DNA from: Stegostoma tigrinum
Taxonomy: Eukaryota
DNA: 64,000 nt
Assembly (NCBI RefSeq): GCF_030684315.1
Contig: NC_081365.1
Coordinates: forward strand, 38,965,830 to 39,029,829
Direction: 5' to 3'
Part shown: positions 51,640 to 64,000 of the stretch, in pieces
Layout: every line of letters begins with the position of its first letter
Numbering within the stretch: position 1 is the first letter of the stretch
Program-made: the position numbers and the translations under genes
Notes under the pieces: generated by a model
Database searches by the model: none
Told to the model about the DNA's origin: nothing
What the model saw: only the letters and a program-made list of their open reading frames with translations

Positions 51640-54600
51640 CTATGAAGGGAGAAATGGACATGGTACAGATATAGTAGGAACTGCAAATGCTGGAGAATCT
51701 GAGATAATAAGGTGTAGAGCTCGATGAAGACAGCAGGCCAAGCAGCATCAGAGGAGCAGGTAAGCTGACCCTTCGGGGCTAGAACCGGTACAGATAATCG
51801 ACGTTGCTGATAAACTGTTCAACAATTAAACCTCCAACTTCTTGTTCAGACCAAAAGGCGCTGGCCTGAACTGTAACCTGTTTCTTTCTCCAGATACAGC
51901 CCTTCATCCTGAATATTTAGGATCTTTCACAATTACCTTGGACGTTCTGTTTTGTTCCATTTCCCAGGAAATATTTCTCTCTCAGAACCACACATCCGTA
52001 AGGGTAAGAACCATTCAGCTTCAGCTCCCGGATAATGAGAAAACTCTCAGACATAAACACGGACACACAGATAGCAAGAGCTGCAGATGCTGGAGTAAGA
52101 GTTAATACAGCTGGACCTCTCCAGCACATTCTGAAGCAAACCTGTTACTACGTCCACAGCTCCTTTCTCAGTACCTGCTCACTGCAGCAGGCACATCCCC
52201 TAAGGACTCCAAACAACATTCAGTCCATCCCAATTTGGACCAAACCACCACAATGGTTATCTACAACATCCTGAGCCCCCAGAAAAGCTCTCAGCCATGG
52301 GCAGGCGTTTTCTTTCACTACAGTCAGCCTTATTCCAGCTCAAAGCCTCTTTTTCCCAGACCTGCAAAGGACCTCTACTGTTTTTCATTCTGCACAGGAT
52401 CTACACTGAAACACTGGGGGCTGTTTTTCATGAAGTTCCTGGGTCTGTTGCCTCTGAAGTCAGAAATTTCTCTTGCCTGACACCAACATTTTTGCCCCAA
52501 CTCGACCCTCTCCTCTCCCAATATCAGGCTACAGTTGATCCGAGCTGTCTGTCCTCTCAGGAGGGAGAGAACTGGAGGAGACTCAATCACTTTCAGAGGG
52601 ACAACAGGCCCTGGAACATAACAAGACAACAAATGAGACAACCAGCTCCACAGAACTGAGCCTAACTGCAATAGCTGCTAATTGGAATCAAAGTGAATCC
52701 TTACCTAAGGCCAAGAGCCAGCGCCTGAGAACTGCACCCATGTTACTGGGGACGATGCTGCCTCACTGGTTACTTGGAAATATTGGTTAATATGCAGGAA
52801 ATTCAGTGAGAATGATGCAGGTGTAGTGAGCACTGAGTCATATCACATTGACTGCTACTCACAGATCAAATGGAACAGCAAAACTAACCCTATTAGTGCC
52901 ATTGTATTAACTTCTGCCATGCAATAACAGTCTATGTTCCCCTTCATGTGCAATCCTATACCAAAGTTTATAAAAGATTAATGCAGTAGCATTTTGTTTT
53001 AAATTAACTGGTAGAATCACTTCAGCTTAACACAGCAAATTTCCTGGAACATTTGAAACACATACACCCATGAACCACATGAATTTCAAAGAATGGATCT
53101 TGCCCAGAATTCAAGTAATACTGAGACAATATGCAGTTAGTTCATGAAAGTTGTGATTTGTTAGTGATGAATATCAAGCCTGAATATGAACCTTGGTTGG
53201 TATATGCAGGTTCTAATTTTACAACTAAGCAGCCTGCAGTTTTGTGACATTGACAAAGTGATGGAAAGTCACCATCTTTAACTGCTGATGTTTCGGGCCT
53301 AGACCCTTTGGAAACGTCAGCTTTCCTGCTCCTAAGATGCAGCTGGGCCTGCTGTGTTCATCCAGCTCTACACCTTGTTCTCTTGGATTCTCCAGCATCT
53401 GCCGTTCCTATTATCTTTAACTGCTGCAGTCATTGGAGAGTAGCTACACGCAAGTTGGGAAAGGACTTTCGCCCAGTGACAGTGAAGGAATGGTGGGATA
53501 ATTTCAAGTCAGGTGGTGTGTGGCTTAGAGGGGAATTTGCAGGAGATGCTGTTGTGCAACCACTGGCTGTGTTCTATTTGATATAAATTATGGATTTAGA
53601 AGTCATGACCTAAGAACCAAAGTAAGTTATTCCAATATATCTTGTCAATGCTGCTGCTGTGGTGGAATGTTTAGGTTGGGGGTGGCTTCCCAATGAAGTG
53701 AGCAGCTTTTTCCTAGATGGTATTGAGCCAAATGTGTTTTGTTAGCATTGCACCCACCTAAGTAGTGGGCAGGCTTTAGGGAGTCAGCAGATGAGTTATT
53801 TCCTGCAGGCTTTTCTGCCTCCAACCTGTTCTGTAGCTACAGCATTTAGATGGTGGGTCCAGTTCAGTTTTTGGACAATGGTAACTTCACATAATGTCAA
53901 TGCTACTCCAATCTCTATGAGGCCAATACTCTGAAAGACATGAACTACGAGATGACCCCGACAAAACAAGTCAATGGACAAGGTTTCATTTTAGATCTTT
54001 AACTGTAATGACCAAATTAAAATTAATAGTTTCAGTGGGAAATAAGGCATGGTGGTCAATTATAAATAAATTCTTCAGAAAATATCAGCTATAACACCAA
54101 TAAGTCCACTTCAGGTATAGCACTAATTTGAACCATCAAGAACCTCAAAGTACGGAATCATATCAAATTGATTTCCAGCTCCCTTTGTTTCTAGCATTTT
54201 GTATGATCTCCAGTTGATAGCAGATCCAAACCAATTGGAGTTCAATGAGTATAATACTGAACAAAATGGTTCACGTCTGTATAAACACTTCAACTCTGCT
54301 TATAATGGCCTTGACAGTGTGGATCTATCAATATTAGCTTCAAGTAAAAGGAACAGCTGCAAAAACTGCCAGTTTCCCTATCCCAATTCCTGAGTCCAGC
54401 CTCCCTCTCCTTTAGCACTTCTGAAGTCAGCATTTGAGCTCAGCTGTGCCTTGGCCCCATTATTTGCTTATATCCGTTTTTAGTTTTTCTCAAAACCTTG
54501 GGTTTTGATTTCTATCCTCTTTTTCATCTGGTTTGCCTGGAAACCAGAAAGTTCAGTTTTTTTTCAGTTTGGTTTGTCACAAAAACCCCTCAAATTCTTG

Positions 54601-55045
54601 GGTTCCCTTGCACTCTTCAGATATCAAATTGCCTGCTCCTATCCTCACCTTCAGTTCCTCCCTATTCTTCTGCCTCCTTCAAAAAGACATTGATTTCAAA
54701 ATTAAACTTATTCTTCTTTTAAAGAGAACATGAGATTAAAACAAGGAGGAGAAGTGTAATCAAAAACAAAAATGTAGAAACTTGGGGCAGGAGCCGGCCA
54801 TTTGGCCTTCAAACCATTCAATAGCATCATGGCTGGTCACTCAACTTTGTCACCTGTTCCTGCTTTTTCCACAGAGCCCTTGAACCCTTTAGCTCGAAGA
54901 ACTATTCTAACTCCATCCTGAAAACATTCAATATTTTGTTCTCACCTGCTTTCTGTGTCACAGAATTCCACAGGCTCACCACTCTGTGAAAAAACTTCTC
55001 CCCACCTCAAACCTGAATGGCTGACTCAGTATCCTTAAAAATGAC

Positions 55046-55474
55046 AAGATAACAAGGTGTAGAGCTGGATGAACACAGCAGGCCAAGCAGCATCAGAGGA
55101 GCAGGAAAGCTGACGTTTTGGGCCAAGACCCTTCATCAGAAATGGGGGAGGGGAAGGAGGTTCTGAAATAAATAGGGAGAGAGGGGGAGATGGATAGAGG
55201 ATGGATAGAGGAGAAGATAGGTGGAGAGGAGACTGACAGGTCACAGAGGCAGGGATGGAGCCAGTAAAGGTGAGTGTAGGTGGGGAGTTCAGGAGGAGAT
55301 TGGTCAGTCCAGGGACGACGGACACGTCAAGGGGGTGGGATGAGGCTGGTAGGTAGAAGAAGGTTCTAGGCCTGAAATGTCAGCCTTCCTGCTCCTCTGA
55401 TGCTGCTTGGCCTGCTGTGTTCATCCAGCTCTACACCTTGTCATCTCAGATTCTCCAGCATCTGCAGTTCCTAC
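55046..55474. mobile_element. Penelope-like 3' fragment with inverted pLTR ends, 16-bp TSD
   Basis: Family A arms around a purine-rich spacer; TATCCTTAAAAATGAC at 55030-55045 and 55475-55490; hammerhead-like core on - at about 55110-55139. Confidence 0.8.
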
Positions 55475-56294
55475 TATCCTTAAAAATGACCCTTGATTCA
55501 ATACTTCCCAGTCACTGGGATCATGCTTCTTGCATTTACCATGTGTATCCTGTTAGAATTTTACTGATTTCTGTGAGATACCCCTTCATTCATCTATATT
55601 ACAGTGAATACAATCCTAATTGATCAAGGCTCTCTTCATACTTAAGTCCTGCCATTCCAGGAATTAGTCTGGTGAACGTTTGTTATATTTCCTCCAAAAA
55701 TCATTCCCTATAAAACTCTGGCACTGCACAACAACAGATCTAATATTTAATCTAAATTTGCCAATTCACTTTAACCAGCCCTGCTTTCAAGCCCTCAACA
55801 GGCCTTACTTAAGTTTTAAAAACATCTCAGATCCAGTCTCTCCTGTAAAAAATGTAAAGTTCTCTCAAATGATCACTGTTATCTACTATATCATTAATAA
55901 TCAATCTCACTGAATAACATCAACTCCAGAACATGATGCTCTAATTAATTATCACAAAAGAATGTGCTATGGATTCTTCGAGGCTATCTTTGCCTTTTAT
56001 TGACTGGAAATTCAGAACTCCCATGATTATAATTGTGCCTTTCTGAGAAGCTCACATTATTTCCTCCTTTATACCCCAACCTACAGTGTGGATATGATTA
56101 ACATGTACGTAAACCACTTTCCCAACTTCTTGCCATTATCACGTTTAACTCGACTTGAACCATTTCCACATCCTGGTTTCCTGAACTTGGGTCATTCTTC
56201 TTCAATTTTTCTACGATCACCATTAACTGACAAACCACCTTGCGTCCTGTCCTTCCAAAATTCCGTACGTCTTTAGTATTTGGATTTCCCTGTC

Positions 56295-59200
56295 AGGGGT
56301 CGGCAGTGGCCTAGTTGTATTATTACTAGACTATTAATCTAGAAACTCAGCTATGTCATGGGGACCTGGGTTCAAATCTGACTATGGCAGTTGGTGGAGT
56401 TCAAATTTTATTTTTAAAATAAATCTGGAATTAATAATCTACTGATGACTGTGAAATGATTGTTGGAAAAACACATTTGGTTCACTAATATCCTTCAGGG
56501 AAGGAAATCTACCATCCTCACCTGGTTTGGCCTACATGCGACTCCAGACACACAGCAATGTGGTTGACTGTCAACTGCCCTCTGAAATGGCCCAGCAAGC
56601 CATTCAGATGTACCAATCACTACAAAGTCTCAAAGAAATGAAACTGGGCAGATTACCTGGCATTGGCCTAGGCACTGGAAAAGACAACGGCAGAAACAGC
56701 CCTGTCAACCCTGCAGAGTCCTCTTTATTAACATTTGGGGGCAAGTGCCAAATTTGGAGAGCTGTCTCACAGACGAGTCAAGCAACAGCCTGACATAGTC
56801 ATACTCACAGAATCATACCTTACTAACAAAGTCCCAGACACCACCCGCACCATTCCTGGATACATACTGTACCACTGGCAGGACAGACCCAGCAGGGGTT
56901 GTGGCACTGTGGTAAACAGTCGAGAGGGAGTTGCCCTGGGAGTCCTCAATATTGACACCGTACCCCATGAAATCATGTGGCTTCAGGTTAAACACTGGCA
57001 AAGAAACCTTCTGTTGATTACTATGTCCCATCCTCCATCAGTTGATGAATCAGCATTCTTCCATGTTGATCAACACTTAGAGGAAGTACTGAGGATGCCT
57101 AGGCCTCAAAATGTACTCTGGGTGGGGGATTTCAATGTCCACCACCTAGAGTGGCTCGGCAGCAGTACTAATGTTTGAGCCGGTCAGGTCCTACAGGATA
57201 TAGCTGCTAGACTGGGTCTGTGACTGGTGGTGAGGGAACAAAAGAAAAAAGCACACTTTAACTCATCCTTGCCAATCTTCCAGCTGCAGCTACATCTGTT
57301 CATGGCAGTATCAGTAAGAGTGATAACCATACAGTCCTTGTGGAGATGAAGTCCCACCTTCACGTTGAAAATAACTTGCATTGTGTTGCGTGACACTATC
57401 ATTGTGTTAAATGGGACAGGCTTCAAACAGGTTTAGCAACTCAAGACCTGGGGATCCATGAGATGCTGTGGGTCATCAACAGCAGCAGAATAGTACTCCA
57501 GCACAATCTGTAACCTCATGGCCTGTCATAACCCCCACTCAACCATTGCCATCAAGCCAGGGGATCAACTGTGGTTCAATGGAGATTGCAGAAGGGCATA
57601 GCAGAAGCAGCACCAGGCATCTCTGAAGGTGGGGTGTCAATCTGTTGAAGCGACCAAACAGGACTACTTGCATGCCAAACAGCAGAAACAGCAAGTGATA
57701 GACAGAACTAAGCGATTCCACAACTCACAGATCAGATCTAAGCTCTGCAGTCCTGATACATCCAGTCATGAATGGTGGTGGCCAATTGAACAACTTACTG
57801 GAGAATGAGGGTCCACAAATATTCCCATCCTCAATGTTGGAAGAGCCCAGCACATCAGAGCAAAAGATAAGGCTGAAGCATTCACCACAATCTTAAGCCA
57901 GATACGCCTCCTCCAGTGGTCCCCAGCAATACAGGTACCAGTCTTCAGCCAATTTGATTCACTCCGTGTGGCATCAAGAAACTGGATACTGCAAATGCTA
58001 TTGGCCCTGACAACATTCCAGCAGTAGTACTGAACACTTGTGCTCCAGAACTTGCTGCTCCCCTAGCCAAGCTGTTCCATTACAGTTTCAACACTACTAT
58101 GTACCTGACAATATGGAAAATTGCCTAAGTATGTCCTGTACATAAAAAGCAGAACAAATCTACACCAGCCAGTTACTGCCCCGTCAGTTTACCCTTGAAC
58201 TTCAACAAAGTGATGGAAGATGTCACCAACAAGCAGCTATCAAGCAGCACCTGGTCAGCAATGATCTGTTCAGTGATGCCCAGTTTGTGTCCCACCAGGG
58301 CCACTCAGCTCATGATATCATTACAGCTTTGGTTCAAACATGGAAAAAAGAGCTGAATTCCAGAGGTGAGATGACCGTGACAGCCCTTGACATCAAGGCT
58401 GTATTCGATCGAGTGTGGCATCAAAGAGCCCTGGCAAAACTGGAATTAATGGGGTATTAGGTGGAAAACTCTCCAGTGGTTGGAGTCTTACCTGACTTTT
58501 AGGAAGACGGTCGTGGTTGTTGGAGGTGAATCATCTCAGCTCCAGCATATCTCTGCAGGAGTTCCTTAGGGAAGTGTCCTAGATCCAACACTTTCAGCTG
58601 CTTCATCAATGTCCTTCCTTCCATCATCAGGTCAGAAGTGGGGATATTCATCAATGATTTCACAATGTTTAGCACCATTGACAACTCCTCAGATACTGAA
58701 GCAGTCCATGTTCAAATGCAACAAGATCTGGACAATATCCAGGCTTGAGCTGACAAATGGCAAGTGACATTAGCACCACACAAATGCCTGGCTATGCCCA
58801 TCACCAGTAAGAAATAATCTAACCACCACCCCTTGGCATTCAACAGTGTTACCAACACTTAATCCCCACTAACAACATCCTGGGGGTTACCATCGATCAA
58901 AAACTCAACTGGACTCACCACATAAATAGAATGGCTACAAGAGCAGGTCAGGAGCTAGGAATACTGCAGCTGCTAACTCCTCAAAGCTTGTCCATGTTCT
59001 ACAAGGCACAGGTCAGGAGTGTGATGGAATACTCCCCACTTGCCTGGATGAATGCAGCTGCAACAACACTCAAGAATATTGACACCATCCAGGGCAAAGC
59101 AGCCCACTTGATAGGCATTACATCCACAAGCATCCACTCTCTCCACCACCGATGCTCAGTATCTACAAGACACACTGCAAAAATTCACTCAGGATCCTCA

Positions 59201-59600
59201 ACACCTTCTAAACCCACTCAGAGATAGTAAGTACTGGAGTCAGAAATAACACAATGTGGAGCTGGAGGAGCACTGCAGGTCAGGCAGCATCAGAGGAGTC
59301 TTCTGAATCCTCTACCACTTTCATCTAGAAGGACAAGGGCAGCAGACATAGGGGGACACCACCACATTCAAGCTCCCCTCCAAGCCACTCACCATCCTGA
59401 CGTGAAACTATGTCACCAAGCCTTCACTTCCTCTGAGTCAAAATCCTGGAATTCCTTCCCGACAACATTTTGGGTCAACCCACAGCAAGTGGACAGCAAT
59501 GGGGTTCAAGAAGGCAACTCACCACCACCTTCTCAAAGCCACGAGGGATGGGCAATAAAGGCTGGCCAGCCAGCACCACGCACATCCCAAAAATGAAGAG
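56295..59600 (+). mobile_element. Decayed APE-RT LINE (CR1/L2 group, distinct from the other CR1s) with a tRNA-like 5' head
   Basis: PDIVILTESYL, VGDFNVHH, LDIKAVFDRVWH-like, GVP..SVL, YKAQVRSVMEYS; 5' A/B-box-like AGTGGCCTAGT and GGGTTCAAATC; 3' end GGATGGGCAATAAA...CACATCCC. Confidence 0.8.
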
Positions 59601-61232
59601 AAAAAAGTCCTTGCTATCCTGCAGGATTGGTGACCAGATCACACTCATTTATTTCTACTTTCACACTCAATTTCTCTGTTTCACCTTAAATGCTTTATGC
59701 CTTCAGGTAAAGAGCCTTTAATTCTACCTTTTTATTTTTCATAATCTCTAATCTTCTGTTGATTTACTTTGATTTGTTATTTGATCCTTGCCTGTCAGTC
59801 TTTTTTCATTTCTTATATTTATACCTTTCTCTTTTGCCTCATCACTAACGTTTGGTTCACTACACTGTCCCAAAATAAGTCCTTACTATCACTACTTAGT
59901 TTAAATTCCTCTCTACTTCCCTGAATATATGGTTCAAAAAAACACCAATCCAAGTCTGACTGAAGTGGAGAACATCCAAATAGATACAGATCTCATTTTT
60001 CCCAATACTGGTGTCGGTGTCCCATGAACCAGAACACACTATCTGCACATAAGCCTTTAAACCACATATCCATGTTTGTTAAGTTCCAAGAAGGACAAGG
60101 AATATGGAGGATTAGACAGCAGGCGCTTCATTATGGAGCCAAAATAAGACAAAGAACTGCAGACGATGGAGAACTGTTTGTTTTGAAGGTTCTCACCGTA
60201 CAGGTAGCATGTTTAGAGAAAATTGCTTGTCCACATAAAATGGCCAATGACAACACCATTATCTTATGTGATTGTACTCTTCATGTGACAGTCCACATAT
60301 GGATCGCTTACAGTCCATTCATTTGACAACGGTAATCTAGAGAGTCCAAAAGCTTTCCCATGTAGTTGAATAGCTGCTACTTAATTGTATAAGTGTAAGC
60401 TGATAACAACAATACCCATATTCACATCCAGCTCATTGCAAGAGAAGGCATTGCTGCTTGAGTCCCAAATGTTATTCTCTCTGGTCTGTGGTCTGTTAGT
60501 AGATTAAGTCCTATCCATACATGAATCATTTAATACCAAAAATGATTTCTAGACCTTCATTCTCTTTCCTTGCTTGTTAATTTCTGCTCTGTTTAACAAT
60601 CAATGCTGAGGATACTTAGCATCTGCACCATTGGGATTGCATACACCTGAAGAGTGCTGGGATAGGTGTTCTAGCAAGCAGCATAACTGGAGAGTCGAGA
60701 CAAGTGATAATAAAGGCAAGAATTCATTTATGGAAGTGATTTATATACAACGCCTAACTAAAGCAACGTGGCAGGGCAGAATTTAAAGCAAGGTACAGCA
60801 ATAATCATGGGTGATTTTACTTTATGTGCAGATTTGAAAATTCAGATAAGCAATGTTAGTTTTGATGTGGAGTCCATACAATGCTTTCAGGATAATTTCT
60901 CAGAACAGTATACTTTACAGCCAACAAGAGTGCGGACTGTAGTAAACTTGATATTATGCAAAGAGATAAGATTAATTAATGACCTCATAGCAAAAGCACC
61001 AACTAGGTAACAGCAACAGAATATGATTGAATTTTACATTCAGTTTGAGGGAGAGAAGGGTAGGTTCATAAATAATATTATAAACTTAAATGAAGGCAAT
61101 TATGAAGGCATAGAGGCAGAGTGGAAACTGGCAAATTAAGTTAAGAAATGAAGTAGCAGACATTTAACGGCTTATTTCAGAAAGAACAAAGTAAATACTT
61201 TCAAACAAGGAAGAAAAACTCAGGAAGGCACT

Positions 61233-62055
61233 CATAGAGTTAGTTATACAGCACAGAAAGAAATTCTCCAATCCAATCACCCATGCCAACCAGGCACCCC
61301 AACCTGCTCTAGTCCCATTTGCCAGTACTTGGCCCATGTCACTCTTAACCCTTCCTATTCATATAACTATCCAGATTCATTTTAAATGTTGTAATTGTAC
61401 CCACTTCCATCGCTTCCTCTAACAACTTGTTCCAGATATGCACCATCAACTGCGTGAAAAAAAAATGAGCCTCAGGCCCTTTTTAAATCTTTCCCCTCTC
61501 ACTTTAAACCTATGTTCTGTGGTTTTGGACTCCTCCACACTGGAAAAAAGACATTGCTGTTCACCCTATCCGAGCCCCTCATGATTTTATAAACCTCCAT
61601 AAGGTCACCACCCAGCCTTCAATTCTCCAGGGGAAAATCCCCAGCCTATTCAGCCTCTCCCTCTAGCTCACACCCTCCAGTCGCAGCATCATCTTTGCAA
61701 ATCTTTTTTGCAACCTCTTTAGCTTAACCAACATCTTTCCTATAAAAGGGCAAACAGAACTGTACACAGTATTCCAAAAGGAGCTGCAACATGACATCCC
61801 AACTCCTATACTCAATGTGCTGACCAAAGAAGGCAAACGTGCCTAATGTCTTCTTTGCCACCTTGTCTACATGTGATTCCACTTTGAAGGAACTGTGCAC
61901 TCGCACTCCTAGGTCTCTTCATTCAGCAGCACTCCCCAGGGCCCTACCATTAAGTGTAAAAGTCCTGCTCTGGTTTGCCTTACCAAAATGTAACACCTTA
62001 TACTTAATAAATTAAACTCCATCGGCCACTCCCGGGCCTATTCGCCCAACTGATC
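61233..62055 (-). mobile_element. CR1 3' fragment nested in an older + strand CR1 relic (about 60700-64000)
   Basis: RVHSSFKVESHVDKV...DVMLQL..EYCVQF; the flanks resemble the decayed CR1 at 2900-4350. Confidence 0.75.
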
Positions 62056-64000
62056 AAGGCCATCATCCATGATTAACTAAAGATGGTGAAGTGAGCATCA
62101 CACTTAAAGAAAAAGCATATAATTGTGCAAAGGTAAGTGGCAGATCAGAAAATTATACAGAATACAATAAAGTAGCAAAGAATGACTAAAATTAATAAGG
62201 GAAACATTAACAGTTTGAGAGAGCTAGCTAGAAGTATTAAGTCAGATGTTGAGAGTTTCTTTAGATGTTTAATAATGAAAGAGTTGAGTGCTGGTCCAAT
62301 AGAAAGTGAGACTGGAGAATTAACAAGACTTTTCTACGAAGGATAAAAGTCAAAACACAGAATTGGCAGTAAATCAGAATATGGAAGAAAGGAACACAAA
62401 AAAATTACAATTTATCTTGGAGGTAGTACCAAGCAAATCTTTGGAGTTGTAGGCTCACAGTCCCTGGGTCTTGATAGACATAATTCTGGAGTCTTAAAAG
62501 AAGTAAGATGTGAGTTAGTTGACATATTGGTTTTAATTATGCAATCTTCTCAAGATTCAGGGAAGGTACTGTTAGATTTGAACATAGTAAATGTAACACC
62601 TTTTTTCACAAACAGACGGAGTCAAAAATTAAGAAACTATAGTTAGCCTACATCTGCCATAGAGAAAATGGTAGAAGCTACTATTAATGACACTATAGCA
62701 AAGCACTAGAGGCGATTAAACAGAGTCAACATCAGACTGTGCAAGGAAATTATGTTTAACTAATTTATTTGAAGTATTTTTAAGACTTTACATCTGCTGT
62801 GTGCAAAGGTGAATTGTTCAAAGTACTGTATTTAGATTTTGGGAGGATATTTTGTAAGGTCGCATCTCTAAGATTGTTTTGGAAAATAAAGTTTATAGTG
62901 TGAGGGGTAACATAAAAGGTGTGGATAGAAGATTGATTAGCTAACATGAACCATACAGTAGTCATAAATAGATTTTTTTGTGTAAGCTGTAATGAGCGGT
63001 ATACGACAGAGGCCATTGCCTGAACCTTAACTGTTTACAATTTGTTTTACTGATTTGGACGATGGTGTGGTTACATTTCATAATGACCCAAAAGATGTTT
63101 GGAAAGTGAGTTTTTAGGTGAAATTAATTAGGTTACAAAGAGATATATAGAAAGTGGGTAATAATTCGGCAAAGTATAATGTGGGAAAATGTGAAATTGT
63201 CCATCTTCGCAGGAATAATAAAGATGGATCTGATATAGAATCATACTGGGTCCAAAGTGTTAACTCTTTTTTTTCTCCATAGATGCAGCCAGACCTGCTG
63301 AGTTTCTCAAGCACTGTTTTGCTGTTTATATTAAAACTGGATATTGTCTAACTAATGAGAAATTTCAAAGCTCTGAGATAAAAAGTGTTTTGAGTGTCCT
63401 AGAACATTAGTATGCTCTATGTAATTAAAAAAACAAACACTGTTATTGTTTATTGTAAGGGGAATTGAATGCAAATTTAGGTGGCTATGCTTCAGTTATA
63501 TAGGGTATTGGTGAAACCGCATTGCAGTACAGTGTACAGTATTAATCTCCTTATTTAAGGATGGACGTAAATGCGTTGAAAGAATTCGGACATTAAATGA
63601 ACTCATCCTGAAATGGGCAGGTTGCTTTCAATTAGAGGTTCAATAGATGAAATTTATATTCTCTGGAATTTAGAAGCATAAGATGTGATGTTCTTGAAAC
63701 ATTGGTCCTGATAGGATGGATGTGGAAAAGATGTTCCTTCTTGTGGCAGAATCCACAACCGGGGGCCATTGTTTCAAAATAAGGAGTCACTCTTTTAGAG
63801 GCAGAGATTAAGAAAAATACTTTCTCACAAAGGGTCATGAGTCTTTGCAATTCTCCTCATCAGCAGATGGTGGAAGTAGATTCTTTGAATGTTTTAAATG
63901 CAGATATAACTAAATTCTTGAAAGGCAAGGGAATGAAAAGTTATCAGTGTAGGTATGCTGGCAGAGTAATCAGATCGGCCATAATCTTATTGAATGGCAG

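Larger units (their letters stand above)
36378..52741 (-). pseudogene. Inverted paralog of the VJ-C1-TM-ITIM receptor, disabled
   Basis: Leader 52741-52705 is intact. V exon 52610-51937 is split by an insertion of about 345 bp. C1 exon 50733-50522 is truncated by R2. The TM exon at about 43187-43071 has an in-frame TAA and has lost its GT donor. No exon 5 homolog was recognised. Tail exon 36638-36378 is still open. Confidence 0.88.
36170..52990 (-). repeat. Right arm of the inverted segmental duplication
   Basis: Reverse complement of the left arm; a further short upstream match near 54640-54730 corresponds to about 4590-4660. Confidence 0.92.

Noticed and set aside
54000-54740. Possible Gypsy gag/SCAN-like relic on the minus strand
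   Set aside because: Only weak, frameshifted similarity by eye; not enough to call.

Overview
This is eukaryotic, repeat-rich DNA, most likely from a shark (inferred from the HE1/V-SINE-like SINEs and the CR1 and Penelope content). The main gene is an intact six-exon immunoglobulin-superfamily receptor on the + strand (4948-21568, predicted 367 aa). It has a leader, a single exon encoding a germline-joined VJ-type V domain, a C1-set domain, an uncharged TM segment, a short linker exon and a tail with four ITIM/ITSM-like tyrosine motifs. That is a SIRP-alpha-like / antigen-receptor-like inhibitory architecture. A tail-to-tail inverted paralog on the - strand (52741-36378) is a pseudogene with patchy identity to the intact copy. 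It carries an orphan FG-loop+J-like cassette with splice signals, and its C1 exon is cut by a 5'-truncated R2-clade retrotransposon sitting outside rDNA. The rest is mobile DNA: CR1 LINEs (one nearly full-length), a Penelope-like element with pLTRs, many short palindromic pLTR-derived insertions with 7-16 bp target-site duplications and hammerhead-ribozyme cores, tRNA-derived SINEs, a tRNA-headed LINE and Gypsy relics. Repeat boundaries and identity levels are by-eye estimates.
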